NCBI GenBank assembly: GCA_002269645.1 | Contig: NIVC01000958.1 | Coordinates: forward strand, 248,001 to 312,000 | Direction of reading: 5' to 3' | Origin: Macrostomum lignano | Lineage: Eukaryota | DNA length: 64,000 nucleotides | Shown: piece by piece, positions 1-13,069 of the stretch | Position numbering within the stretch: position 1 is the first letter of the stretch | How the letters are laid out: each line of letters starts with the position of its first letter | Notes under the pieces: generated by a model | The model's input: the letters and a program-made list of their open reading frames with translations, nothing else | What the model was told of the DNA's origin: nothing | Databases searched by the model: none | Made by a program: the position numbers and the translations under genes

Positions 1-2226
1 CGGCTGGGCAGCCGCATGCATCCAGCTGAGCACAGGTTGGCTCGAGTCTCCGCATCTGTTTCCGGTCGCATCCGGGAAGCTGATCAGAGCCGGAAGATGC
101 TCACTGCAGTCCGTAAAGCTCACCTGCCCGAGTACGTCACCATCAATGGTAAGATCGACAGCTCTGAGTGAACCACAGAAAACTGAGGAGTTCGTACTCT
201 GGACGGTATGGTGTCTGGAATTCAAATGTAAAGAGTTGTGAAATTTGATTTAATTAGCGAGCCAATTGTTCTCATAGCAGATAAACTACTATTCTCAACT
301 TAAGAAACTCACAGCTTATCAGCATCCTCGAACTCCATCATTTTGCAGCCAGCTTCTGCCCCGCAGTTCAGGTAGAAGACCTTCTTGGTCCTGTACTCAT
401 AGAACAGTCCGATGCGAAGCCTCTGTGCGAGATTCAGCGGCTCCTTGATGCGGGTGCTCAGGCCGGAGCCGACGCGAGTTCGCTGGCCTGAAGCTGGTGT
501 TCAAGTGGAGTGAAATTGTGCAAGAGTTAAGCTCTGCTGCTTACCTAAAACTCTATCGCTACACAATGATGTTGCTCATGATAGTGCTTACTACTGCGAG
601 TAAGATTAGCTCATTTGAGTAGCAATGCGACCTTTATGGTAGATCCTGCCTCTACTGGGTTAAGTTCCACTAAGAGACTTAAAAGCCACCGGTTCACTCC
701 AGCTTACTCTCTCTGACGAAGTTCTGCAGAGCCGCGGAGCTGTTGAAGCTGGCGAGCCTCATGACTCCGCTGTCAGCGCTCATCGCAGCCAGCTCAGCAG
801 TCAGGTTCCGACGAACCGATCCTGTGGTGTAGCAGTTGCTCTCAAAATTAGTCATGCTTCTGCAGCAGAATCCCGGCTCCATCAGGCGAATTCGTAGACC
901 GGCGATATTCGCTGAGCTTCTCTGACTCAACCAAAATGAGACCGTCAGGTAGCTCCTACAGTTTCGTGTAGAGTACAGTGGTTGAGTTCAATTACAGAAT
1001 TATAGATTTAAAAGAATTGGTCCAGCATCGGGCCAGCTCTATCGTACCCTTTCGTCAGTTGCAGCACGCGCAGCATCTCCAGCTCCACTGGCTTTGGCTC
1101 GCTTGTTGAAGGCGACGAGCAAATGGCTGGAAATGCATTGGGATTTGTATTGGAACGATAAGAATGAAAGCATTTGGCTGGTTTTATCGAGTAACGGCTA
1201 GCATGGGTCAAAAACCACTGACTGCTCGTTCACAGATATTGTTAGAATTGGTGAAAACTGGTGAAGAGTTGAAAAACAGTCATGTAACTACAAGTTTAAC
1301 TGTGCTCAGAGCACTCTGCTTACAGTCCGAAGCCTTCGAGTGCAGTTCGTATCGCATCGGTTGTTGCTGTGCAGCTGAAACCGCAGATCTTCCCGACCTC
1401 CGCACGCTTAGGTGAGCCACCGTGTCAAAGCCAGTCAGAACCACAACGGCATTGTCAAGATGGTCAGTCAGAATCTTCCATTTGCAGTTGAGGCCTTCCT
1501 CAGGCACAGGGTCTCCATCAGTTTTAGGAATGATTCGATCTTCAATGAACTCGAGTTTTAGGCTGAGCTGGAACTCATTGGTGTTGCCACGCGGATAGCA
1601 GTACTGGTTGCCTGCCAGAGATCTGTGGATAATAAAGGGCGGGACAGTAGATTTATTGTAAATGGACAGTTAAAAGTTACTGGAAGGCTCAGCTCACTTA
1701 AGATTTATTCTCATAAACGTTTCAATACATAGAATGTGAGTTAATATATTATCCTTAGCTATACCCATGAACTTGAAGAATTGCCACCGATTTTTTGGCA
1801 ACATTCTAGTCGAATTCAATACGATAAAATGGGTGAGTATCTACGTACTATCCTACTGATAGTAAAAGACAAGAAAGTTTTGTGTAAAGAACAAGTGCTT
1901 TTTAGCCAGCTACAGTACTATGATATAATCCAATTGAATTTAGTACATTAATGTACATCGACAGCGCTAGCCTCGCAAGGACAGGCCCCCAAAGAACAGT
2001 CCCACAGAAGACAGCCCCACAAAGGACAGCGCCCCAATCAGTATGACGCCCCCAGTGTGGCATCCAAAAGCATTTAAACCACCATAATCAAAATTTGAAA
2101 TACGGTACAAAAATCCCAATTCTTGCAAGAACTTAAGCATCGCATCACTCACAGTTGAAGTGCAGCAGACAGCAGCAGAAGAGTCGAAAGGCTTCTGCCT
2201 ATCATTATTTGCAGATTCAGCCGCAT
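1..2226 (-). CDS. Type I membrane protein with CUB-like ectodomain, paralog A (3' end runs off the window)
   Basis: Phase-consistent GT-AG exons 2226-2153, 1622-1324, 1126-1048, 955-708, 487-313, 214-<1. Signal peptide MRLNLQIMIGRSLSTLLLLSAALQLSLA; CUB-like motifs NCKWKI, VVVLTGFDT, KGSYLTVSF. Exon lengths match paralog B. Confidence 0.85.
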
Positions 2227-2898
2227 GTTGCTCACTTCCGGGATCTAAAATTCGCGATGAGGGTTGGACGCAGAATGAAGATTATTGTGTCTGCGTCAGC
2301 ATTTATAGGTAAGACGTAAAACGAAACTGCAAGCAAGGATATTCGCAAATGAATACTACTTGAACGCTTACTTTACAGTACGAAATTTCCAATTTTAGCA
2401 ATCTGATTTCTGTTTTACATGTAGTACCCGGATGTAGAGACACAATTAACTTGGCTTTTGTTAACCGAAAACTGCTATCAAGGAGTTTATATACGAGCGC
2501 ACAAAAGTGTTTAGATTTAACTTTTTTTCTTTTAAACCTAATGCAGCATCTGGTAAAACAGACTCCGCCTTTGCTGACTTACCTGAGCATAGTTACCGGT
2601 ATATTCTAGTAACTAATGAACCCCTGTAGCTATGATACTACATGTATTGGAAAGATAAAAAAATCGTGTACGTTGAATTCGAAAATCATTTAGCAATATC
2701 AGTACAATGCACACACATATAGCCTCTAAGGACTCAAGAACGAGAATGTCCGCTAAATCGAACGACAGTAGAAAATTCTGTGGGAGCGGAAAAAGATTTT
2801 GTTAAATTTCTTAGCTAGCTAATCGTTTTTCTCCCCCATCCTTTCTCAAACAAAATATAATTTGGCAAATAGCACTGTTTAGTATTTTCATCAAGTTA

Positions 2899-2979
2899 CT
2901 ATACCCCCTATACCCCCTCCTCTGGATGCTGAATGGGCCCCCCCCCGACCCCTGAAATAAATTCCTGGCTGCGCCACTG
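2899..2979. mobile_element. One-ended hAT-like MITE remnant
   Basis: Ends in CCTGGCTGCGCCACTG (reverse complement CAGTGGCGCAGCCAGG) and abuts CACGAAAC, which is uninterrupted in the paralogous modules at ~11197 and ~21275. Other end not found. Confidence 0.45.
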
Positions 2980-3893
2980 CACGAAACTCATTTCACGGTC
3001 CATGTTGCAGCTACTCACCAAGAGAAGTTGTCCAGCGTCTTGCAGTAGGAGAATTTATATGTATAGGAAGGGAGTACCGTGGAAAGCCCATAATTTTTAA
3101 GCGAAACCGCGGTAACTCTGTGGGAAAACCAAGGTAACTCTGTGGCAAAACCAAGTGAAACCCACGGTTTTCCCGCGAATTTCTCTAAAGAAGTATTCTA
3201 CTTTAAGTGAAGGCAATTCCATGGCTCTCCCAGGGAAATTCAGTCAGTTGAATTGTTTAAATAGGGTTGTATTATAGGAGTGGGGGTGTATGCTTGCGCA
3301 CAGTTGCCGCCCTTTACCACACTACTGTACGTATCACGCCAGGAAAGAGAAGCAGAGGACGCACGCTTGATCTGTATCGTGCATGCGCTTCCAGACCAAG
3401 CATGCACTGTTCTCTGTACGCCGCCTAACGCCAGTGCTGTAAAAAAGAGAACTTCAGTTTTTCTGTGAACTCTTTAGAATTCTTTCAGATCTTAGAGATT
3501 TAGTAAATTGTGAAGTTCTTTCGAAAGGTTGTGAAACAAATTAATTTCCATGCATACAGATCCCACAAATAGCTAGTAAAAAATAGCCTATGCCTACAAT
3601 CCAGCTCAATGCACAAAGCAGTCAACTGCATTGAATATGATTACAATTACAAGCATGTGAAATTGGGGCTGGCGGGTTAACTAAACTGGCGGGTTAACTA
3701 ACTATTGTCGAAGTTAAGAGACTACATTTTTCTGTAGGGGTTCACAAGGGCTTTCAAAATGTATTTATAAATTCTTCTTTTAGTTTAGTTCAACAACTGC
3801 GAGCAGTGCGAGCTAAAAGTACTGTGGTGTACAAACAGCATGAGTATTAGTTTCGTCGCTCTCATTCTGTCTTTTTGGTGGAAAACTTTAGCT

Positions 3894-4122
3894 CAGGGGC
3901 GGACCGAAGGGGGGGGGGAAGGGGGCCATGGCCCCCCCCCCCTCAGCTCTGCCAAAAAATCCTCAGATGTATACAGTATATACAGTATACAGTATACAGT
4001 AGATGTATAGCATGTACAAAAGAATGGGTTTAGGATATTGGTACCCTAATTGCAGCTCTGGCCTGACCAGACGTAAGGCTTACCCCCACCCCCCCTCGAT
4101 AAAAATCCTGGGTCCGCCCCTG
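3894..4122. mobile_element. hAT-type MITE (229 bp)
   Basis: TIR CAGGGGCGGAC...GTCCGCCCCTG; 8-bp TSD CTTTAGCT at 3886-3893 and 4123-4130; empty site in the paralog at ~49441 (AAAACTTTAGCTAGAAC). Confidence 0.9.
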
Positions 4123-4145
4123 CTTTAGCTAGAACTTTAGGGTAT

Positions 4146-4985
4146 GTTTCACATTCCCCAGAGTTCACATTCCCCAGAGTTCACATTCCCCAGAGTTCAC
4201 ATTCCCCAGAGTTCACATTCCCCAGAGTTCACATTCCCCAGAGTTCACATTCCCCAGAGTTCACATTCCCCAGAGTTCACATTCCCAGAGTTCACATTCC
4301 CCAGAGTTCACATTCCCCAGAGTTCACATTCCCCAGAGTTCACATTCCCCAGAGTTCACATTCCCCAGAGTTCACATTCCCCAGAGTTCACATTCCCCAG
4401 AGTTCACATTCCCAGAGTTCACATTCCCCAGAGTTCACATTCCCCAGAGTTCACATTCCCCAGAGTTCACAATCCCCAGAGTTCACATTCCCCAGAGTTC
4501 ACATTCCCCAGAGTTCACATTCCCCAGAGTTCACATTCCCCAGAGTTCACATTCCCAGAGTTCACATTCCCCAGAGTTCACATTCCCCAGAGTTCACATT
4601 CCCCAGAGTTCACATTCCCCAGAGTTCACATTCCCCAGAGTTCACATTCCCCAGAGTTCACATTCCCCAGAGTTCACATTCCCCAGAGTTCACATTCCCC
4701 AGAGTTCACATTCCCCAGAGTTCACATTCCCCAGAGTTCACATTCCCAGAGTTCACATTCCCCAGAGTTCACATTCCCCAGAGTTCACATTCACCAGAGT
4801 TCCCATTTCCCAGATTTTGCATAACCAGATTTCACATTCCGCAGATTTAAAATTCCCCAGATTTCACATTCCCCAGATTTCACATTCCCCAGATTTTACC
4901 TTCCCCAGATTTCACATTCCCCAGATTTAAAATTCTTCGCATTTCACATTCATCATATTTCACGTTCCCAAGATTTTAAATTTCC
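4146..4985. repeat. 16-bp satellite TTCACATTCCCCAGAG
   Basis: Direct tandem repeat, degenerating at the right end. Confidence 0.97.
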
Positions 4986-6469
4986 AAAATTTTACATCCC
5001 CATATTTCTCCGGCGTCGCAAGTAAACAACAATACGATACGCTGTCAGAGTCCTTAGACGACAGCGGCACAGGGCGCGCCTCTGGGTCAGGTCGCAAAGG
5101 AAGGCCATGTCGCCGACTGGATCCGGGGCGCCGGCGTCAGACAGCAGGCTGGAGACAAGGCTGCTGTCACGCGTTCGCAGGCTGCTGGCTTGGCCCTCGA
5201 GCCTCAGCTTCATTATTTTCCTTTGGGCATTGAGGTCGGCTAGTCTAGAGCTGGTCTGTTTGGATAGCTTTGGTCAAGAAGAGTAGAGGTTTTTGTTTTT
5301 TCCACTTCGATGTAAGCGCTTTTTCGGTGCTTGCAGTTATTAATAGAATAAAAGAAACTGCAGATGATAACACAAACAAGTTTTGTAACTTAGATACTTG
5401 CAGAATGTATTGTTACTTTCTATTTTCTTTTCTTTGATTAAAAATGATCAGGAGCGTGGCCAGGGAAGGGCCAAGGGCGATCCGGCCCTCCAAATAGGCT
5501 GGCAAAACTAATGGCTGATTACCTATTGACTTGGCGCTTCTTGATCGATAGCGTCTTTATCGATAGCGTCTGTATTTGAGGTTTTTTGGTTTTAAATACA
5601 ATGTTGTATCTAGTAAGACAACTTACCTGAGCATAATTATATTTTAGTGAATTTTAGACTCTAATGACCCCTGTACATGTAGCTATATGTAATATAACGA
5701 AAAGTCATTGGATCCATTGAATTCAAACATCATTTAGCAAGCTAAATTTGCTTGTACAGTTCTACTCACCAAGAGAATTTTCAGCGCTTCTTGCAGCAGA
5801 ATCGAGGGTGGAAAAGCCATGATTTTTACACATACAGGCAAAGCCACGGCAACTCTGTGGCAAGTCCAAGTGAAGTCCACGGCATTTCCGCGGATTTTGT
5901 CTTTTACTGTACGAGAAAAAGTAAAGTGAATGCAGTGAAGCACGTATTTAAGACAATGTTAATGCACGCTGGATTAGAGGAGTGGGAGTCTATGCGTTGC
6001 CGCCCAGTACAATACCTACTGTAGTAGCATGTCAGTCAGGAAAGAGAAGCAGAGGATGCACGCTGCTGTATCGTGCATGTGCTTCCAAGGCATGCACTAT
6101 TCACTGTACACCGTACAGAGTCAGTGCTGTACAAATAGAGAACTTCAGGTCTATTTCCAAGAATTGACATTTTTATAGTTATTTCGACAATTTGTGAAAT
6201 AGCTTGTATTAATAGACTTGTACCTCACCTCTCAAAGCACTCAACTACAAAGAATAAGACTACACAAGCATGGGACATTGGGTCTAGCTGATGTCCACTA
6301 GCTCTCGTCTAAGGCAAGGAATTAAAAGTTAATCTACTAATTACTCTCTTAGTTTAGTTTAACAATTGCTAGCTAAGGGTAATGCTAGTGCACAAACACG
6401 CTCTCATTTTGTCGCTCTGATTGGCACTGGCAGACATCTTTCGCTAGAATTTTAGGTTATGTTTCAAAT

Positions 6470-7650
6470 ATCACAGATTTTACATTATTTCTCAGGTTTC
6501 ACATTCCCGAGATTTTGCATTTCCGGGATTTTACATTCCCAGTTTTTAGCTCTTACATTCCCCAGAATTCATATTCTCTAAATTTCACTTTCCTCCAATT
6601 TTTTAATCCTAAGACTTCATATTCTCGGATTTTAAATTCCCAGATATAAATACGAAATGTCGAACATTTCCCAGGTTTCAAATTCAAAAGATTTTATGCT
6701 CCTTTATTTTTCATTCTCCAGATTTCATACACTCAAAACTTCATTATCTCCAGATTTTACATTCAACAGAGTTCACATACCCCAGATTTCATAGTCTTTA
6801 GATTTCGCATTCCCCCAGAATGTACAGTTCCCAGATTTTACATTCCCCCGTTCACGTTCCCCAGATGTTACAATTCCCAAATTCTACATTTCCCAGATTT
6901 TACTTTAAAAATTTTACATTCCACAAATTTTGAATTCCCCAGATTTCACATTCCCCAAATTTCACATTCCCCAGATTTCACATTCCCCAGATTTCACATT
7001 CCCCAGATTTCACATTCCCCAGATTTCACATTCCCCAGATTTTATATTCCCCAGATTTCACATTTCCCAGATTTCACATTCCCCAGATTTCACATTCCCC
7101 AGATTTCACATTTCCCAGATTTCACATTCCCCAGATTTCCCGGTCTCCAGATTTCACATTCCCCAGATTTCACATTCCCCAGATTTCACATTCCCCAGAT
7201 TTCACATTCCCCAGATTTCACATTCCCCAGATTTCACATTCCCCAGATTTCACATTCCCCAGATTTCACATTCCCCAGATTTCACATTCCCCAGATTTCA
7301 CATTCCCCAGATTTCACATTCCCCAGATTTCACATTCACCAGATTTCACATTCCCCAGATTTCACATTCCCCAGATTTCACATTCCCCAGATTTCCCGGT
7401 CTCCAGATTTCACATTCCCTAGATTTCACATTCCCCAGATTTCACATTCCCCAGATTCCACATTCCCCAGATTTCACATTCCCCAGATTTCACATTCCCC
7501 AGAGTTCACATTCCCCAGAGTTCACATTCCCCAGATTCCACATTCCCCAGATTTCACATTCCCCAGAGTTCACATTCCCCAGATTCCACATTCCCCAGAT
7601 TTCACATTCCCCAGATTTCACATTCCCCAGATTTCACATTCCCCAGATTG
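6470..7650. repeat. 16-bp satellite TTCACATTCCCCAGAT
   Basis: Same family as 4146; degenerate 5' part, homogeneous from ~6940. Confidence 0.97.
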
Positions 7651-8329
7651 CACATGCCATGAGAGTGAAGCAGAAGGACGCACGCTTATTGTACCAAAGC
7701 AGTTTCCAAAGCAGCTTGTACTGTTCGCTGTACGCCCCCCCCAAAGTCAAGTGCTGTACAAAAAAGGAACTTCAGTTTTGTTCCAAGTACTTTAGATTTT
7801 TTTTGTTGTTATTTTGAAAGGTTGCGAAATAAATGAATATGCAATGGAACAGTTCACCACAAAAAGCTCTTAATTAATAGACTTATCGCACAGCTCAAAG
7901 CACTCAACTGCAAGGAATAAGATTATAAGCATGTGAAATTACGTCTGAGTCTGGCTGGCGTCCCTGTCTAAACCAAGGGATTAAAAGTTCCATCTTTAAT
8001 CTTTCTTTTAGTTTAGTTCAACAACTGCGAGCTCAAGGTACTGTAGTACTCAAACAGCATTAATTTCGCTGCTCTCATTTTGTACCTTAGGTGGACATGT
8101 TAAGTTAGAATTTTAGGGCACTGGGTATGATTCAAATTACCCCAATTTTACATTCCCTAAATTTTACATTCCCCAAATTTTACGTTAACAAATTCTACAT
8201 TCCTTAGATTTCCCTGGCTTCGTAAGGATCGAAGCATCAATAAGATACGCTGTCAGATTCCTTAGACGGCAGCGGCACAGGGCGCGCCTCTGGGCACCAC
8301 CACCACTTTGGCCACTTTGGCCTTAACAA

Positions 8330-8765
8330 CAGCCCCTTTGGTGCTAAAGCCCCTTGGTGCTAAAGCCCCTTGGTGCTAAAGCCCCTTGGTGCTAAAGCCC
8401 CTTGGTGCTAAAGCCCCTTGGTGCTAAAGCCCCTTGGTGCTAAAGCCCCTTGGTGCTAAAGCCCCTTGGTGCTAAAGCCCCTTGGTGCTAAAGCCCCTTG
8501 GTGCTAAAGCCCCTTGGTGCTAAAGCCCCTTGGTGCTAAAGCCCCTTGGTGCTAAAGCCCCTTGGTGCTAAAGCCCCTTGGTGCTAAAGCCCCTTGGTGC
8601 TAAAGCCCCTTGGTGCTAAAGCCCCTTGGTGCTAAAGCCCCTTGGTGCTAAAGCCCCTTGGTGCTAAAGCCCCTTGGTGCTAAAGCCCCTTGGTGCTAAA
8701 GCCCCTTGGTGCTAAATCCCCTTGGTGCTAAATCCCCTTGGTGCTAAAGCCCCTTGGTGCTGGTG
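8330..8765. repeat. 16-bp satellite CTAAAGCCCCTTGGTG
   Basis: Near-perfect tandem array. Confidence 0.98.
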
Positions 8766-9680
8766 CTGACGCCCAAAAGTACCGGGGTGATAACGGAATG
8801 CTTGAGATACCAGCTGCGGATGTCCAGCAGTTTGCCTACTGGATCTCGCTTGCTTGATTATCTAAACTAGATAAATTTGCAACAGCGTGTCTATAGTCAC
8901 CTGGTGCCACCAGTTGAATGTCCAGAAGCTCCGCCTGGGTGAAGCCTAGTGACCAACGAATGCAGAGCTGATGCAGACACATGTGGTCGACGTGCTGATG
9001 AAATTTGGAGACTTGGCAAGGCTGCACTGAGGCGCAGTGCTAATTGGCGCACAGGGGTGTACTGAATACACTGGCGCTTATGGGAAAAATCCGACCTTCT
9101 GGCAGAATCGTCAAATATCTGAACGGTCCGGAGGGCTGGCGACTTGATTCTTGTTTGAGAAGGTGCGCAACAAAATTTTTGCTTGTGTTCTTGAATTTAG
9201 TATGCCTGCGTTGCTCCAGTACGGCGCAGCAAAAAATTGTCAGGGGGATGCCCCCCTCTGGGTAGTTCTACTGTTAATTAAGTTCTCGGATTTTTTATCG
9301 TTACTTAGTTATATTTTCTTCCTCGTTATTGTTTTATTTCCTATTACAAATGTTTGATCCAGGGATTACATTTTCGATTGCCTTCTTTCTAGATTCTTGA
9401 AAGTAGCTCTCTGACTACCTTGATCATCGATCACTTAAACAGAGTGCAAAATTCTTGAATAACTGGATTCTTCAAGTGACATGTTAATCAATTTTGCGTA
9501 TTACTCGTAAATTTAAATTGTAAATCCAATATACGCTTGCAAATTGATACACTTTTATTACAAAAGTTAATAAATGGTTAGGATACAATAATAGGTTAGT
9601 ACGTAAATGTGGCTTAGTTCCGAAATTCTCAATGCGTTCGATTATCGGGCCACTACTTCGTTTTAACTTAGTTACGAGCG

Positions 9681-9863
9681 CAGGGGCGTCGCCACCGGGG
9701 GGGGGGGCATGGGGGACATGTACCCCAGTAAAAGCTATGGGGGATGCATATAGCACCTGCGGCACCAAAATGAGTGCTAACAACACTAATTCACAAAAAT
9801 GTACATGTAGAAATTTAGTCATGTAAAATTTGTAAAATTGTAAAATTTATGACGGCGCCCCTG
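9681..9863. mobile_element. hAT-type MITE (183 bp)
   Basis: Termini CAGGGGCG...CGCCCCTG; 8-bp TSD TACGAGCG at 9673-9680 and 9864-9871. Confidence 0.85.
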
Positions 9864-10122
9864 TACGAGCGTACATATTAAACAGTGTACTATTATTCCA
9901 CACTTACTTCACGCTACTGCAAAGATAAGGAGGCGTGGATGGACAATAAACGTGACATGACAGGTCCGGTGATGAAATTTGTACATGGGCTAAGTGTACA
10001 TTGGGGAGCTACTGAGGAACAATGGGCATATTTTGCAAATGTGTCTGGGTAGAAGTATTCTGGACAGAAGCTCGTGCAGCCTCCATGACTTCTGAAATTG
10101 CTAGAATTAAGAAAGAAGTAAA

Positions 10123-10255
10123 TCCATATACTAAAAATGGTCTGTCGGTAGGTATGTGTGTGCATGGGTATGTGATCGATTTTAGCAAAATTGGCTGGAC
10201 CGATTTTCTTCAAACTTGCACTGTTCGATCAGAAATCCATACACTAAAAATGAAT
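10123..10255 (+). mobile_element. Truncated Helitron 5' end
   Basis: A^TCCATATACTAAAAATG...CTTCAAACTTGCAC...GATCAGAAA is similar to the Helitron 5' ends at 29597 and 32653; no 3' hairpin or CTAG seen. Confidence 0.65.
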
Positions 10256-10636
10256 TAATTCTAAAAATAGAAATATTTCCGATATTTGCAGAGATTTACA
10301 GCATTTAAACAGCAGAACAGTAACAGCATAATTATACAGTCATCACTCGCATGTAACAGCATATTTCTCATTCCATCCTCTTATAGTTTCAATGAAGAGC
10401 TTTGAGGCTGCGAACTATTATTCTTACGATTAGTAAAGCTTAGTTAACACCAACAACTAAAACACAAAATCTTCAAACCTGACATCTACTCGATGAAGCC
10501 GATGAGGAAGTGAAGCTGGATTTCGAGTAATCAGACTCCATAATTATGGATAGTTTGGTCTCTTTTGCAAGCGCGGTTATTGGCTGATCAAATACGAGCT
10601 AGAGTTGACTGGCGAACCAAAATCAGACTCATTCTT

Positions 10637-10835
10637 TTAGGACTGCGACTTGCTTGTTCTTAGCTCGTATTCTGCAGTTGGCTGGGCAGCCGCAAGCATC
10701 CAGCTGAGCACAGGTTGGCTCGAGTTTTCTCTCTTAATTATCATCTCTTGTTGGCTCTTATCATCAATGATAAGATTGACAGTTCTGAGTGAGCCACAGA
10801 AGACTGAGGAGTTTGTACTCAAAGCAGTATGGTTT
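10637..10835 (-). pseudogene. Orphan, rearranged last exon of the CUB-like receptor family (no TM segment)
   Basis: AG acceptor, then NHTALSTNSSVFCGSLRTVNLIID...NSSQPVLSWMLAAAQP...stop; homologous to exon 6 of paralogs A-C. Confidence 0.8.
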
Positions 10836-10856
10836 CTATGGTACGTTTGGTACTTT

Positions 10857-11180
10857 TGGCAGTCAAATAGTGGCAGTCAAATTGTGGCAGTCAAATTGTG
10901 GCAGTCAAATTGTGGCAGTCAAATTGTGGCAGTCAAATTGTGGCAGTCAAATTGTGGCAGTCAAATTGTGGCAGTCAAATTGTGGCAGTCAAATTGTGGC
11001 AGTCAAATTGTGGCAGTCAAATTGTGGCAGTCAAATTGTGGCAGTCAAATTGTGGCAGTCAAATTGTGGCAGTCAAATTGTGGCAGTCAAATTGTGGCAG
11101 TCAAATTGTGGCAGTCAAATTGTGGCAGTCAAATTGTGGCAGTCAAATTGTGGCAGTCAAATTGTGGCAGTCAACTGCCA
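10857..11180. repeat. 14-bp satellite GTCAAATTGTGGCA
   Basis: About 22 near-perfect copies. Confidence 0.97.
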
Positions 11181-13069
11181 CAGACTCAACTAAATGTGCA
11201 CGAAACTTAACTCATTGTCTCTGTGTACTAACCAAGAGAAGTTTCTCTGCTTCTTGCAATATTTGCAAATTTTGATGGGGGGTAGCAACCGTGGCAAACG
11301 CATGATTTTATTTACAGGTGAAGCTGCGGTAACTCTGTGGCAAGTCCAAGTGAAACCCACGGCTTTTCCGCGGATTTTTCTTCTGTGAATAAGTCTCCAA
11401 GTACTATTAAAAGGCCATTCCATGGCTTTTCCATGGAAATTTAGCCGATACAATACAGGAATGCGGATCTATGCCGCCGAGTACTATGCGAGAAAAGAGA
11501 AGCAGAAGGACGCACGCTTCTTGTACCAAAGCAGTTTCCAAAGCAGCATGTACTGTTCGCTGTACGCCCCCCCCCCCCAAAGTCAAGTGCTGTACAAAAA
11601 AGGAACTTCAGTTTTAACTTCTAACTTCTAACTTCTTTAGATTTTTCTGTTGTTATTTTGAAAGGTTGCGAAATAAATGAATATGCAATATATGGTACAG
11701 TTCCCACAAAAAGTTCGTAGTTAATAGACTCATCTCACGGCTCAAAGCACTCAACTGCAAGGAATAATATTATAAGCATGTGAAATTACGTCTGAGTCCG
11801 GCTGATGTCCCTGTCGTCTAAACTAAGGGATTAAAAGTTTATTTTTGTAATCTTTCTTTTAGTTTAGTTTAACAACTGCGGGCTCAAGGTACTGTGGTGC
11901 ACAAACAGCATTAATTTCGCTGCTCTCATTTTGTACCTTAGGCGGACATCTTAAGCTAGAATTTTCGGGCACTGGGTATGTTTCAAATTACCCCATATTT
12001 CATATTTTCCAGATTTCACATCCCTGAATTTTACATTTCTTAAATTTTACGTTCCCCAAATACTACGTTCCCAAATTCTACATTTCTTTGATTTCCCTGG
12101 CTTCGTAAAGAAGCATCAATAAGATTACGCTGTCAGATTACTTAGACGGCAGCGGCACAGGGCGCGCCTCTGGACCAGGTCGTGAAGGAATGTCACGTCG
12201 CCGACCGAATCCGGTACATTGGCGTCAGCCAGCAGGCTGCAAACAAGGCGCGAAGCCGTGATACGCGGCCTGCCTGCTTGTGCCAGCTGGACGCCGCCCT
12301 TACCCCATGTACGCAGGGGCGAACCCCAGAGCTATTTTTAGCAACACATCTGTAGAGTACAACTTGAGGATTCTCTGGTCTTTTCTGAAGGCTCCTTGAT
12401 TTTTAAAACGTTATTAACAAATTTTTTTCCTGTTATCTTATTATTGCATCGCTGAAGGACTTTCAAACACACTGGCCTCCAAACGCCCTATTATGAGCGC
12501 GAGGCTCACAGCTCAGAATTCGCAGTACCGAATATTATTCAAGGCAGTGTATCTTATAGTCAACAAGAACGCATAGGCACAATGCAGAAAATGAATATTT
12601 TGAGTTGGATAGAGTTAGCGCTCCTGCAGTTTCTCTCTGTGCTGTTGTTAAGGCAACCATCAACCCCCGCATTTTGCTGGGAGTCTGTGTCACGCGTTCG
12701 TAGGCTGCTAGCTTGGCCCTCAAATCTCAGCTTCGTTATTGTCCTTTGGGAATTGAGGTCGGCTTTCTTAAGCTGGTCTGTTTGGATAGCTTCATGGTCA
12801 AGACGAGTAGAGGTCGTTGTTTTTCCACTTCGATGCAAGCTCTTCTCACCACCAAGCTCTTTTTCGGTGCTTACAGCTATTAAAAGAATAAAAGAAACTG
12901 CAGATGACAAAATAAACATATTTTGTAACTTATATACCAATTTTAATTATCTTACCTTCTATTTTCCTTCTATCTAATTTCTTTCCACTTTCTTATCAAT
13001 CTCTTCTTTGATTAAAAAAGATCAGAAGCGTGGCCAGGGAAGGGCCCTCCAAATAGGCTGGCAAAACTA

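Larger units (their letters stand above)
2980..8300. repeat. Paralogous ~2-kb intergenic modules of the segmental duplication
   Basis: Shared blocks (GGTAACTCTGTGG, GAAGCAGAGGACGCACGC, TTTAGTTTAGTTCAACAACTG, GCTAGAA then satellite) recur in whole or part at ~2980, ~5760, ~7655, ~11185, ~21270 (truncated), ~48875 and ~57150. Confidence 0.85.

Noticed and set aside
2228-2245. ETS-like CACTTCCGG site just upstream of the paralog A start codon
   Set aside because: It is short and not conserved in paralog C; insufficient support.
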